Assembly: GCA_903832395.1 (NCBI GenBank)
Contig: CAILBF010000149.1
Coordinates: 1 to 60,671 of the forward strand
Length of the DNA stretch: 60,671 nt
Source: an uncultured Actinomycetes bacterium
Lineage (GTDB): Bacteria > Actinomycetota > Actinomycetes > Nanopelagicales > Nanopelagicaceae
Direction of reading: 5' to 3'
Each line of letters begins with the position of its first letter. The first letter of the stretch is position 1. The notes beneath the pieces are model-generated. The model made no database searches and was not told where the DNA came from. It saw only the letters and a program-made list of their open reading frames with translations. The position numbers were made by a program, and so were the translations under genes. Shown piece by piece: positions 47,796 through 58,504 of the stretch.

Positions 47796-49432
47796 TTACC
47801 TACGATGTAATTGTTGTTGGAGCCGGCGGTGCAGGTGCGCCGTTAGCGGCACGACTTAGCGAAGATCCAGAACGCTCGGTACTACTTCTGGAGGCAGGAG
47901 CTGTACCGTGCTCCCCCGAAGAGTTTCCACCTGAATTGCTCAATCCCGGAACGGTGCAAGGTGCACATCCAACCCATCCAAACAATTGGGCATTCAAAGG
48001 CAATCTAACGAATGAAATGACGTACTCCATCGCTCGGGGAAAAATTCTCGGTGGTTCAACCGCTGTGAATGGCGCTTACTTTGTACGTGCTCGAAAACAA
48101 GACTTTGATCGTTGGTCGGCAGGTGGACATCACGAATGGAGTTATGAAAAAACTTTACCTTTCTACAAACTCATGGAAACTGATATTGAATATGGCGAAA
48201 CTGCCATACATGGTGGATTTGGCCCGATGAGAGTGCAGCGACTGCCTCAAGACCATCCCGCCACACGTGCATTTAAAGCAGCATCGGCAGAGCTCGGGTT
48301 TGCCGAGGAGTATGACAAAAATGATCAGGCAGAGCCTGGATATGGTCCAGTTCCCATGAATATTTCGCAGGGATTGCGCTGGAACACTGGTATCGCCTAT
48401 ATCAATCCAATTCGAGGCAGAGAAAATCTCACCGTTCAGGGCAATAGTTTAGTAATTCGTGTGCTCTTCGAAGGTAAGCGAGCAATCGGAGTTGAGGTTG
48501 AGGACAATGGGGTTTCATCTGTAATTCAGGGTCGCGAAATAATTCTCTCCGCCGGCGCTATTGCGTCTCCACACATTCTCATGCTTTCAGGCATTGGTCC
48601 GAAGGCGGATTTACTCGCTTACGGAATTCCGGTAGTTCAAGATTTGCCTGGAGTCGGAAGGGATTTTAGCGATCATCCAGAGATTGCAATTGGTTGGCAG
48701 TCAAAGCGCAAGATCGTGGATTATACGAATAATCATTCAATAGTTGATAGCTTGAATTTCACCTCGGCAGGATCAGAAATTGTTGGCGACTTAGAAATTC
48801 TGCAGTTGATGAAGCCATTCGGCTATATGTTAACTGGTAGTGCACGACCAACAATTAGTGAGGCCGAAAGTTTCTTACGACACCCCATTCGTTTCCTCAG
48901 TGCGATGAGAGGCGTTTCAATCCAGCGTTTATATCAGCAAGTAAAACACCAGAATGATTTAGCGTTTTTGGTGTCACTTCAAGTGCAAACTTCGCGGGGG
49001 CAAATAACTCTTCAATCCTCCGATCCAAAAATTCAACCGCGTATTGACTATAACTATCTGAGCACCGAGAGCGACACCACCCGAATGCGGGAAGCGGTGC
49101 GCACTGGAGCAAAAATCCTTACATCGAACGCATTCAAACCACTATTTAGAGGCTTTACCGAACTCGATGAAGAGATTCTCTCTAATGATGCCCGTCTGGA
49201 TTATTGGATGCGCAATCATTTAGGCACCGCACTTCACCTGTGTGGAAGTGCAAAATTTGGAAAACCTGATGATCCTTACTCTGTTGTAGACCAGTACGGT
49301 CGCGTTCACGGCATTGAGGCGCTTCGAGTGGCGGACGTATCGATCTTGCCAACAGTTCCCACGCGAGGCCCTGCTGCGACTGCAATTCTTATCGGCGAAC
49401 GCATCGCTGATTTCATCCGACGTGGTTGTTAG
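47792..49432 (+). CDS. mftG: Mycofactocin-associated GMC oxidoreductase MftG
   Basis: GAGGAG, RGKILGGS..NG.YF.RA, SDHPE, HLCGSA and RGPAATA motifs; adjacent to the mft cluster. Confidence 0.85.
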   Translation: MITYDVIVVGAGGAGAPLAARLSEDPERSVLLLEAGAVPCSPEEFPPELLNPGTVQGAHPTHPNNWAFKGNLTNEMTYSIARGKILGGSTAVNGAYFVRARKQDFDRWSAGGHHEWSYEKTLPFYKLMETDIEYGETAIHGGFGPMRVQRLPQDHPATRAFKAASAELGFAEEYDKNDQAEPGYGPVPMNISQGLRWNTGIAYINPIRGRENLTVQGNSLVIRVLFEGKRAIGVEVEDNGVSSVIQGREIILSAGAIASPHILMLSGIGPKADLLAYGIPVVQDLPGVGRDFSDHPEIAIGWQSKRKIVDYTNNHSIVDSLNFTSAGSEIVGDLEILQLMKPFGYMLTGSARPTISEAESFLRHPIRFLSAMRGVSIQRLYQQVKHQNDLAFLVSLQVQTSRGQITLQSSDPKIQPRIDYNYLSTESDTTRMREAVRTGAKILTSNAFKPLFRGFTELDEEILSNDARLDYWMRNHLGTALHLCGSAKFGKPDDPYSVVDQYGRVHGIEALRVADVSILPTVPTRGPAATAILIGERIADFIRRGC

Positions 49433-49462
49433 AAGTTTCTAATAGCCCTCATCTAGGCCTCA

Positions 49463-49912
49463 TCAATTCTTTGGTGCAGACCAACGCCTGATAGTGAACT
49501 CTGTGCTGGGTGCAAAACTCCAGGCCATCGCCGAAATTGGATTGATGTTGTATGACACAACGGTTGCTCCATATGGGGTATCTGGAAGATATTCGGCATC
49601 CCACGGCTCTGTGTACTTTGCTTGATAAGCAGAAATAAGCTCTGGTCGCTGCGCAGCTAAGCCTGCAGGAGTTGCAGTGCCTCGAATGATCAACGGTGAA
49701 TCGCCACTCTCAAGATGAACTGAGACCCGCGAATCTAGGGCGAGGTTGCGACTTCGTTTTGATGATGTCGCACCATAGAAGACAAGTTGTGAATTCGCCA
49801 GAACGCCCCATACCGGCACAGCGTGCGGTCCGCCGGTTCCAGTCGTTGAGACCCACCAGTTTCGTGCCGCGCTAAATCGCTCTGCGATTTCATCCCAGTT
49901 CAGTTCATCCAT
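49463..49912 (-). CDS. Pyridoxamine-5'-phosphate oxidase-like split-barrel protein (possibly F420-binding)
   Basis: WVST..GGPHAVPVWGV and S.R.RNL..D.RVSVHLE motifs. Confidence 0.75.
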   Translation of the reverse strand: MDELNWDEIAERFSAARNWWVSTTGTGGPHAVPVWGVLANSQLVFYGATSSKRSRNLALDSRVSVHLESGDSPLIIRGTATPAGLAAQRPELISAYQAKYTEPWDAEYLPDTPYGATVVSYNINPISAMAWSFAPSTEFTIRRWSAPKN

Positions 49913-49944
49913 AATTTTTCCTCTTTCTTCTCTCTGTTTGTGAA

Positions 49945-51129
49945 TTAATGTCGCACGAGTGCGAGAACTGCACGAATGTCATCTGCAGTTTTAATCTCTC
50001 GAAGATTGTGCTGTGTCACGTAATGCGCTTTCAAAAGCATTGGGATCGTCTCTTCAAGAGTATCATCGCTGATACCAAGATCATCTAGAGAAGTTGGTAG
50101 GCCCATCTCGACGAGAAGCTCGGTGAGAATTGTTGAGAATGACTCACCTGTGCGGCCCAAAATCTCCGTGATGCGTCGTTGCGGTGGATCACTAAGTCCT
50201 TCCAACCAGCGAGCTTGAGCAAGCATCATGACACAGGCCATATCGCTGTGCTGTACACCTGCGAAAGGTGCGATGACAATTACCGATCCGCCACTGAAAG
50301 GCCATGTGGAGTAGACCGACTCAAGAACCATTCCAACAAACCAACAAGCGAGTTGACAGTTTGCAAGGGCTTCTCGATCGGATGAATCGCGGGCAACTCG
50401 TGGAAGGTTTTCCATGTAGAGCGCCACCGATCTCTCGGCGAGTGCGGTCGCAAGAGGGTGAGGCGAAACATTGCACACCGCGTTAATTGCGTGATCAAGG
50501 CCGCGAAATCCTGTTGCAAGAATAAGTTTTCTTGGAGTCTGTGCCAAGATGCTTGGATCATAAATGATCACCTGTGGTGCGCCTCTGTAGGCCATGAGGT
50601 CGATCTTTTGCCGAGTTTGATCATCCATAGGAGTGCCCATTCCATTCCACTCCGCAGTGGCAAGTGAAGTAGGTATGGCAATCTGGCGGATCTTTGGTGT
50701 AGCACGTGACTTTCCGACGATGGACATGCCATCTGCAGAAATACTAAATGGACCGCGCTCGATTAACTCCTCTTTTGTATAGGCATCTTCAGATAATGCC
50801 AGTTGAATGAATTTCGCGAAGTCAATGACGGAGCCTCCACCGATTGTGACCATCACATCTGCTTCGGATTTGTGAACGGCCACCGCCCCCTTGAGAACAT
50901 TTGAAACGGGCGCATGATCGCCTACCTCGTCAGTGAATCCAACAAAGCGCTCGCCCAGAGCTGCAATGAGTTTCTTAACGACATCAGTTTTCGCATTGAG
51001 AGTATGACTACTAATCACAAAAACTTTTCTATAACCAAGGCCATCTATCACCCCGGGCAACATTTCGATTGCATCAACGTTATGGAGCACTCGTTCTACG
51101 CCATCTGGAACAACCCATGTGTTACGCAT
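49945..51129 (-). CDS. Iron-containing ADH/maleylacetate reductase-like protein
   Basis: TIGGGSVID.AK, IPTSL..AE, YDP and G.RGLDHA motifs. Confidence 0.8.
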   Translation of the reverse strand: MRNTWVVPDGVERVLHNVDAIEMLPGVIDGLGYRKVFVISSHTLNAKTDVVKKLIAALGERFVGFTDEVGDHAPVSNVLKGAVAVHKSEADVMVTIGGGSVIDFAKFIQLALSEDAYTKEELIERGPFSISADGMSIVGKSRATPKIRQIAIPTSLATAEWNGMGTPMDDQTRQKIDLMAYRGAPQVIIYDPSILAQTPRKLILATGFRGLDHAINAVCNVSPHPLATALAERSVALYMENLPRVARDSSDREALANCQLACWFVGMVLESVYSTWPFSGGSVIVIAPFAGVQHSDMACVMMLAQARWLEGLSDPPQRRITEILGRTGESFSTILTELLVEMGLPTSLDDLGISDDTLEETIPMLLKAHYVTQHNLREIKTADDIRAVLALVRH

Positions 51130-52318
51130 TCGGAGTTCTCTCTGAGTAGGTAGTAAGTGGATCTGCGTTCGTTACACCCGATTCCGCAAGAGCGGCAAGG
51201 TGCACATCGTCTAGACCAAGAATCTTGGTAAGAACTTCGCGCGTGTGCGCGCCAAGAGCAGGCGCTGGTCGCTCAATGGTAAATGGTAGTTCTTCAAAAG
51301 AGTATGGCATGCCTTTTACGAGAGTGCCGTCGGCTCCCCAAACCAGACTGCCTCCAATGATGTCGGGCGCATCGATCAAATCCTTCCCGTTCATGACGAC
51401 GGCAGCTGAGAGTCCAGCCGTGCGCAACTCAGAGACTGCTTGACTGCTAGTACGTCGCGCACACCAGATTTCGATCGCAGGAGTCAAGTCTTCTTCCCAC
51501 CCAACCAATTCACGGAGTCGTTCGGCATCGGCAACATTGCATACGGTCAAAGCGAACCACCGTTTGTCGTTACCACGGAACGTCTCTTGCAATAACACGC
51601 CTGCGGATGCATTTCCAGTAGGTGAAGGGTTGTAGTTCGAATCGGCTGATGCGGCAACGATCTCCTCACCGATAAGAAAACTTACGATCTCGCGCTGCGG
51701 GATATCGAGGAGTGCGCCTTTGCCGCTAAGTCGTGCTTCTCGAAGAGCGGCGATAATGAAACCAACGGCGGCGAGAGATACAACTTGGTCGGGGTAGTTC
51801 ACATCAACTCCGGAGAGAATCGGCTCTCCATCCGAGTAGCCGGTTATTGCCGCAAGTCCGCCTAGTGCATCTAGTGTCGATCCGTATGTTCGGTGCAAGC
51901 GGTTAGGTCCGCTATCCCCTTGGCTTGTGACTGCGGCGAAAATCACGCGAGGATTGACTGCTTCGACATCGGCATAACCGAGTCCAAGTCCGTCAAGAAC
52001 TCCACGGCGAAAGTTTTCTACAACGATGTCAGAGTGGCTTAGCAAATCAAATGCAATTTTTCTTCCTTCGGGCGCTTTCAAATCTAAAGTAATTCCACGT
52101 TTATTTCGATTCGTGAAGTGGAACTGTGCAGACCTATCCCACCAGCCTGATTCGCGATCTGAGGCAGAGAGTCGAAAGAGATCCATCCGGTTGGCCGATT
52201 CGATTTTGATGACGTCGGCGCCAAGGTCTGCAAGCATGGCCGACGTATTTGCCCCGGCAGTTAACTGTCCGAAGTCAATGACTCGGACACCTTCAAGTGG
52301 TCTATTGGCGTGGCTCAT
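51122..52318 (-). CDS. CaiB/BaiF CoA-transferase, catalytic subunit
   Basis: PLEGVRVIDF, LADLGADVIKIE, NRNKR, ENFR and YPD (catalytic Asp position) motifs. Confidence 0.9.
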   Translation of the reverse strand: MSHANRPLEGVRVIDFGQLTAGANTSAMLADLGADVIKIESANRMDLFRLSASDRESGWWDRSAQFHFTNRNKRGITLDLKAPEGRKIAFDLLSHSDIVVENFRRGVLDGLGLGYADVEAVNPRVIFAAVTSQGDSGPNRLHRTYGSTLDALGGLAAITGYSDGEPILSGVDVNYPDQVVSLAAVGFIIAALREARLSGKGALLDIPQREIVSFLIGEEIVAASADSNYNPSPTGNASAGVLLQETFRGNDKRWFALTVCNVADAERLRELVGWEEDLTPAIEIWCARRTSSQAVSELRTAGLSAAVVMNGKDLIDAPDIIGGSLVWGADGTLVKGMPYSFEELPFTIERPAPALGAHTREVLTKILGLDDVHLAALAESGVTNADPLTTYSERTPNA

Positions 52319-53421
52319 GGGCGCCCTTTCCCAAGGAGCTCATCGAGTTCTATTTTCTGTGATGAGCTGGGATCAAAACGTGTGCCGTTCCACGATAGAG
52401 GTATCCGTGGCATCCGCACGGTCGATCTATGGGCAGTTTCTAAGGAGGTTAAGAAAGATCTTGATTCATACTGCCTATCACTTAGGAGATCCCGTGGTGA
52501 ATAGACCGGGCCAGCGGGAATGCCATGGCCTTGTGCAATTTCGAAAATCTCCTCGCGTGATCGCTTGGTGAACCATGGCGCGATCCGTTCTGTAAGAGTT
52601 TTGATATGTGCACGAAGGCTTGGCTGATCATCGATGGGCAAATCCGATAAATCAACTCCATCAAACATCGCGCGCACCCGATTGAACTCGTTCGGAGTAA
52701 ATACGAATGCAAACCAACCATCCAAACAAGAAAATATTTGGAAGTCGGCCATCGCTCCAGGTCTGGTTGGCATCACGTCACCGTTGTGCACGCCTGCTAC
52801 TGCTTTCCAGTTAATCCAAATCGCCGTTTCGATCAGAGATATTCGCGCGCGAGATGGGCCTGCGCCAGTATCGGTTTGTGCAAGTGCGACCATCGTCGCA
52901 GTAAAGGCCGATAGCCCAGCGGCGTAAGAGCTTTGGTGGCCGCCTAAGCGAAGCGGTTCTCGAAGAGGATCTCCGATGATGTCTAGCAGTCCACTCGCTG
53001 CAAGAATTGTGAACTCACTATCAGAGCCAGTCGACTCTCTTCCGCGTGGCCATGTTGCTATTTCAACTATTGATGTCTCTGAAGCAAGAAGTGCATCATG
53101 AAGTGGATCGCCCTCTTCTAGGAGAACCGCAGAAACCCCAGTCTCCACAATACGCAAGACCGATTCAATTCGATCCGCCTCACTCTTAGTCTTCAGAATC
53201 AACTTGCTGGTATTTAGAAAACGCCCAATCGCGCTAGTGCCATCAGGTAGCAGTGGTTGAATCCCCTCGAGGATGTCATTACCGGGAGGCACAATTCGGA
53301 TAACGCGGATGCCGAGGTCGGCAAGTAACTTCGTCGCCATTGCCGAAGCGATACGAAGGTGTACTGGAGCATTGGGATTAACAATTTCTAGAATTGTCAC
53401 GTCTTTGATTGACTGCATCAA
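52315..53421 (-). CDS. CaiB/BaiF CoA-transferase-like partner subunit
   Basis: KLLADLG, FLNTSK, GDP.REPL and C.DGW motifs; lacks the catalytic Asp. Confidence 0.8.
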   Translation of the reverse strand: MMQSIKDVTILEIVNPNAPVHLRIASAMATKLLADLGIRVIRIVPPGNDILEGIQPLLPDGTSAIGRFLNTSKLILKTKSEADRIESVLRIVETGVSAVLLEEGDPLHDALLASETSIVEIATWPRGRESTGSDSEFTILAASGLLDIIGDPLREPLRLGGHQSSYAAGLSAFTATMVALAQTDTGAGPSRARISLIETAIWINWKAVAGVHNGDVMPTRPGAMADFQIFSCLDGWFAFVFTPNEFNRVRAMFDGVDLSDLPIDDQPSLRAHIKTLTERIAPWFTKRSREEIFEIAQGHGIPAGPVYSPRDLLSDRQYESRSFLTSLETAHRSTVRMPRIPLSWNGTRFDPSSSQKIELDELLGKGRP

Positions 53422-53520
53422 TGAACTCCTTCCTGACCTCCAGGTTTAGCCAGTGGGTGCGGGCTTCTCGTACGCCCATGCGAGAAAACAAGTTTGATGC
53501 ATGATTGCGCAATAGTGCCA

Positions 53521-53567
53521 TCGTTCTTGAAGATGAGAAATACTATTTTGGGAGTGCTCTCATACAA
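53521..53567. promoter_or_regulatory. Weak paired putative PucR boxes for the CoA-transferase operon
   Basis: TCGT-TCTTGAAG-ATGA (53521-53536) and GAGT-GCTCTCAT-ACAA (53552-53567), 31 bp apart. Confidence 0.35.
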
Positions 53568-53613
53568 GTGCCCCTTGATTTCACCAGGTGCTATGTATCG
53601 AGTGAGAAAATAT

Positions 53614-53689
53614 TGGTGGAGCTGAGGGGATTTGAACCCCTGACCCCCTGCATGCCATGCAGGTGCGCTACCAGCTGCGCCACAGCCCC
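53614..53689 (-). tRNA. tRNA-Ala (GGC)
   Basis: GGGGCTGTGGCGCAGCTGGTAGCGCACCTGCATGGCATGCAGGGGGTCAGGGGTTCAAATCCCCTCAGCTCCACCA: 76-nt cloverleaf, G3:U70 pair, encoded CCA. Confidence 0.97.
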
Positions 53690-53716
53690 AATTTCGTGAG
53701 ATGGATATCCTATTTC

Positions 53717-54367
53717 TTAAGCAGAAGGAGCGCCACTTTCCTCACCATAGACAGGCTCTGGGATAGAGCCGGCATTATGTTCGATTAAACTCCATTGACG
53801 TGGATTGCGTTCAAGAATCGACCATGATGCATTTGAAAGTCCACCGATTACTCCCCAATGCGAAAGTGGTAGCCGCAAGAGTTCGCCTAAAACACATCGG
53901 GCGGTGCCACCATGGGTGGCAACAACTAGTAACTGATCACTCTTTCCTTCTAGCTCTGCATTAATTACCTCAACAGCGCGCAAGGCAACTTCACTTCGTC
54001 GCTCCCCCGTTGTTCCGGCTGGATTATCATCACCGTCAATCCAGCGAATAAAGTTTTGAAAATCTTCGGCGCGATTTTCAGCCCCAGTCTTACCTTCCCA
54101 CAATCCGCCATTAGTTTCACGAAGTTTTTCATGAGTGCTAACGGTGAGGCCAACTAAGTTAGCTAAAGCTTGAGCGGTATTTCGAGCACGACTTAGATCG
54201 CTAGAGATTATCGCTGTAGGTTTCATAGATGCAAGAATCTTTGCGGCATGTTCTGCTTGATATCGACCCACATCATTTAATGGAATGTCGGAGTGGCCCT
54301 GAAAACGATTAACCAGGTTCCAATCAGTTTGGCCGTGACGCCATAAAAGTACGCGATTACCTGCCAT
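53717..54367 (-). CDS. Histidine phosphatase (phosphoglycerate mutase family)
   Basis: RHGQT.WN, SSDL.RA and HGG motifs; usual position after rsfS. Confidence 0.9.
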   Translation of the reverse strand: MAGNRVLLWRHGQTDWNLVNRFQGHSDIPLNDVGRYQAEHAAKILASMKPTAIISSDLSRARNTAQALANLVGLTVSTHEKLRETNGGLWEGKTGAENRAEDFQNFIRWIDGDDNPAGTTGERRSEVALRAVEVINAELEGKSDQLLVVATHGGTARCVLGELLRLPLSHWGVIGGLSNASWSILERNPRQWSLIEHNAGSIPEPVYGEESGAPSA

Positions 54368-54734
54368 GAACTGCGGCGGCTTTCACGGCTTCTAATTCGA
54401 TTGTTGGGCAGTCATTCCATAAGCGATCGAGCATGTAGTACTTGCGAAGCTCAGTACTTTGAATATGGACAACTAAATCTGAATAATCAAGGAGAATCCA
54501 CTCAGGACCTTTTTCGCGACGTGCAGGTTTTTCACCCATAGCGATTAATTGACGTTCGACTTCGTCGGCAATTGCATCAACCTGAGCGACATTTTGTCCA
54601 GTTGCGATAAGAAAAACCTCGCTCAGGACAAGCTGGTCAGATAGATCAATTGCGATCAAATCTGTGCCCATTTTTTCGATTACTGCGGCGGCGGCTGCTT
54701 GGGTTATTTCGAGGGTGCGTGCGCTAATTGTCAT
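54357..54734 (-). CDS. rsfS: Ribosome silencing factor RsfS
   Basis: QV.AI.DE, WILLDY.DLVVHI and Y.LDRLW.DCP motifs; start refined to ATG 54734. Confidence 0.95.
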   Translation of the reverse strand: MTISARTLEITQAAAAAVIEKMGTDLIAIDLSDQLVLSEVFLIATGQNVAQVDAIADEVERQLIAMGEKPARREKGPEWILLDYSDLVVHIQSTELRKYYMLDRLWNDCPTIELEAVKAAAVHGR

Positions 54735-55272
54735 AGAGCGCATTCTCCCTTATAAATGCCGCAACAATTTCCGGTACATCCGTGCTCAATCCCGCACGAA
54801 TCGAGGTGGCCGAAACATCCAGAGCGGCTATATCGATGCCATGCGGGGCAAAACCTGGACGATTAATACAGATTATCGAGACCATTGTGTGGAGCTCTGG
54901 CGCACGGTGCCATTGATCGATCTTTGAATAGGCATCGGCTCCCATAATCAGAAAAATCTCATCGTTTGGGTACGTATTTCGAACCGCTTCGACAGTATCG
55001 ATTGCATAGCTAGGACCTTCACGCAGAATTTCAATCGGGTTTACTTCAACATGGGATGAGATATTTTCGGGAAGGGATGAAACTGCTAGTTGGCACATAG
55101 TTCGGCGCGCCGACCCAGAGGCAATCGGTGCGTTTTCGCGAAGCAATGGTTGGCCGGCAGGAACAAGTATTAATCGATCAATAATCTTCTTTTCAATAAG
55201 CTGTCTAATTACATGCAAGTGACCATTATGAATCGGGTCAAATGTTCCGCCGTAAATTCCAACTCGAGACAA
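54724..55272 (-). CDS. nadD: Nicotinate-nucleotide adenylyltransferase
   Basis: GGTFDPIHNGHL, SY.IDT, MGAD and SATSIR motifs. Confidence 0.95.
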   Translation of the reverse strand: MSRVGIYGGTFDPIHNGHLHVIRQLIEKKIIDRLILVPAGQPLLRENAPIASGSARRTMCQLAVSSLPENISSHVEVNPIEILREGPSYAIDTVEAVRNTYPNDEIFLIMGADAYSKIDQWHRAPELHTMVSIICINRPGFAPHGIDIAALDVSATSIRAGLSTDVPEIVAAFIRENALYDN

Positions 55273-55273
55273 A

Positions 55274-55396
55274 TTAATCCCGGTCTAAACGAAGGACTAG
55301 ATAGAGAAATAGTGAGAGAACTCCAAAAGTTACGAGGCCGTAGGCAACTGCCGGCATTGGAAGTTCGCGAAGAGTTTCAGCGGCTAAGTTCGTCAT
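55274..55396 (-). CDS. 40-aa single-pass membrane small protein upstream of nadD
   Basis: Below the ORF-track cutoff: MTNLAAETLRELPMPAVAYGLVTFGVLSLFLYLVLRLDRD. Fills the ligA-nadD gap; -10 TAGGAT lies 6 nt before the ATG. Confidence 0.75.
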   Translation of the reverse strand: MTNLAAETLRELPMPAVAYGLVTFGVLSLFLYLVLRLDRD

Positions 55397-55408
55397 AGTG
55401 AAATCCTA

Positions 55409-57430
<2,022 letters not shown>

Positions 57431-58504
57431 TTATTGCGTCTCACAAATAGTCGCCGACCCCACGACGCGATCGCCATCATAGATAACCATCGCTTGTCCT
57501 GTAGCAAGCCCAAGTAGCGCAGAATCAAGAACCGCAACAAGTAAACCATTTTCTACAAAGTACGTACAAGGCAGGGCGGCACCATGGGCTCGGATCTGAA
57601 CAAAGCCAATGTGCTTGCCCTCATCGATTGCTGGTCCGCACCAGACTGGGCGCTCACCGCGCATTGTTGTGATTGCCAAATCTTCGCGAGAGCCTACGAC
57701 AACGGTATTTGTAACGGGTTCAATCTTTAGGACAAATCGCGGCGAGCCGTCTGGGGTTGGAATCGTAAGACCCAAACCTTTACGTTGCCCGATTGTGTAT
57801 GTGTATGCGCCTTTGTGCTCGCCAATCTTTGTGCCACTTTGATCCACAATCGCTCCAACATCACTGCCTAGGCGATCGCGCAACCAGCCGGCGTTATCAC
57901 CAGATGGAACAAAGCAAATATCGTGACTGTCGGGCTTTTGAGCAACAGCTAATCCACGGGCTTCGGCCTCTTTGCGAATATCAACCTTTGTTGTATCGCC
58001 AAGTGGAAAAATCGCGCCAGAAATCTGTTCGACAGTTAGAACCGATAAGACATAGGACTGGTCCTTTGAGTGATCGACTGCGCGATGCAGCGTCTTTCCA
58101 CTTTCGCTCATCTGTGTTCGCGCATAATGGCCTGTCACCACACCATCAAAACCCATTGCCCGCGCACGATCTAACACTGCGGCAAATTTAATTTTTTCGT
58201 TGCAGCGCAGACATGGATTCGGAGTTCGACCCGCAGCATATTCAGCTAAGAAATCCTCTACTACTCCATCATGAAACTCTTCGGCCATATCCCAGATATA
58301 AAAAGGAATACCAATTACATCGGCGGCGCGACGTGCATCATGTGAGTCTTCAATAGTGCAACAACCCCGTGCGCCTGATCGGTATTTTTGAGGATTAGCA
58401 GATAGGGCTAAGTGCACACCTATTACTTCATGGCCCGCTTCTACTGCACGGGCAGCGGCCACGGCAGAGTCAACTCCACCGCTCATTGCTGCGATTAACT
58501 TCAT
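57431..58504 (-). CDS. mnmA: tRNA 2-thiouridylase MnmA
   Basis: [23 protein letters not shown] and KDQSY motifs. Confidence 0.97.
   Translation of the reverse strand: MKLIAAMSGGVDSAVAAARAVEAGHEVIGVHLALSANPQKYRSGARGCCTIEDSHDARRAADVIGIPFYIWDMAEEFHDGVVEDFLAEYAAGRTPNPCLRCNEKIKFAAVLDRARAMGFDGVVTGHYARTQMSESGKTLHRAVDHSKDQSYVLSVLTVEQISGAIFPLGDTTKVDIRKEAEARGLAVAQKPDSHDICFVPSGDNAGWLRDRLGSDVGAIVDQSGTKIGEHKGAYTYTIGQRKGLGLTIPTPDGSPRFVLKIEPVTNTVVVGSREDLAITTMRGERPVWCGPAIDEGKHIGFVQIRAHGAALPCTYFVENGLLVAVLDSALLGLATGQAMVIYDGDRVVGSATICETQ

Larger units (their letters stand above)
1..53613. other. Putative tRNA-Ala-flanked accessory catabolic/cofactor island (left edge not seen)
   Basis: Abrupt switch from housekeeping to catabolic genes at the tRNA 3' end; no integrase or att repeat seen in the window. 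Confidence 0.55.

Noticed and set aside
53505-53699. 64-aa ORF with a Cys-rich end (PCMPCRCATSC), superficially like a RiPP precursor
   Set aside because: The Cys-rich part is just the antisense translation of tRNA-Ala
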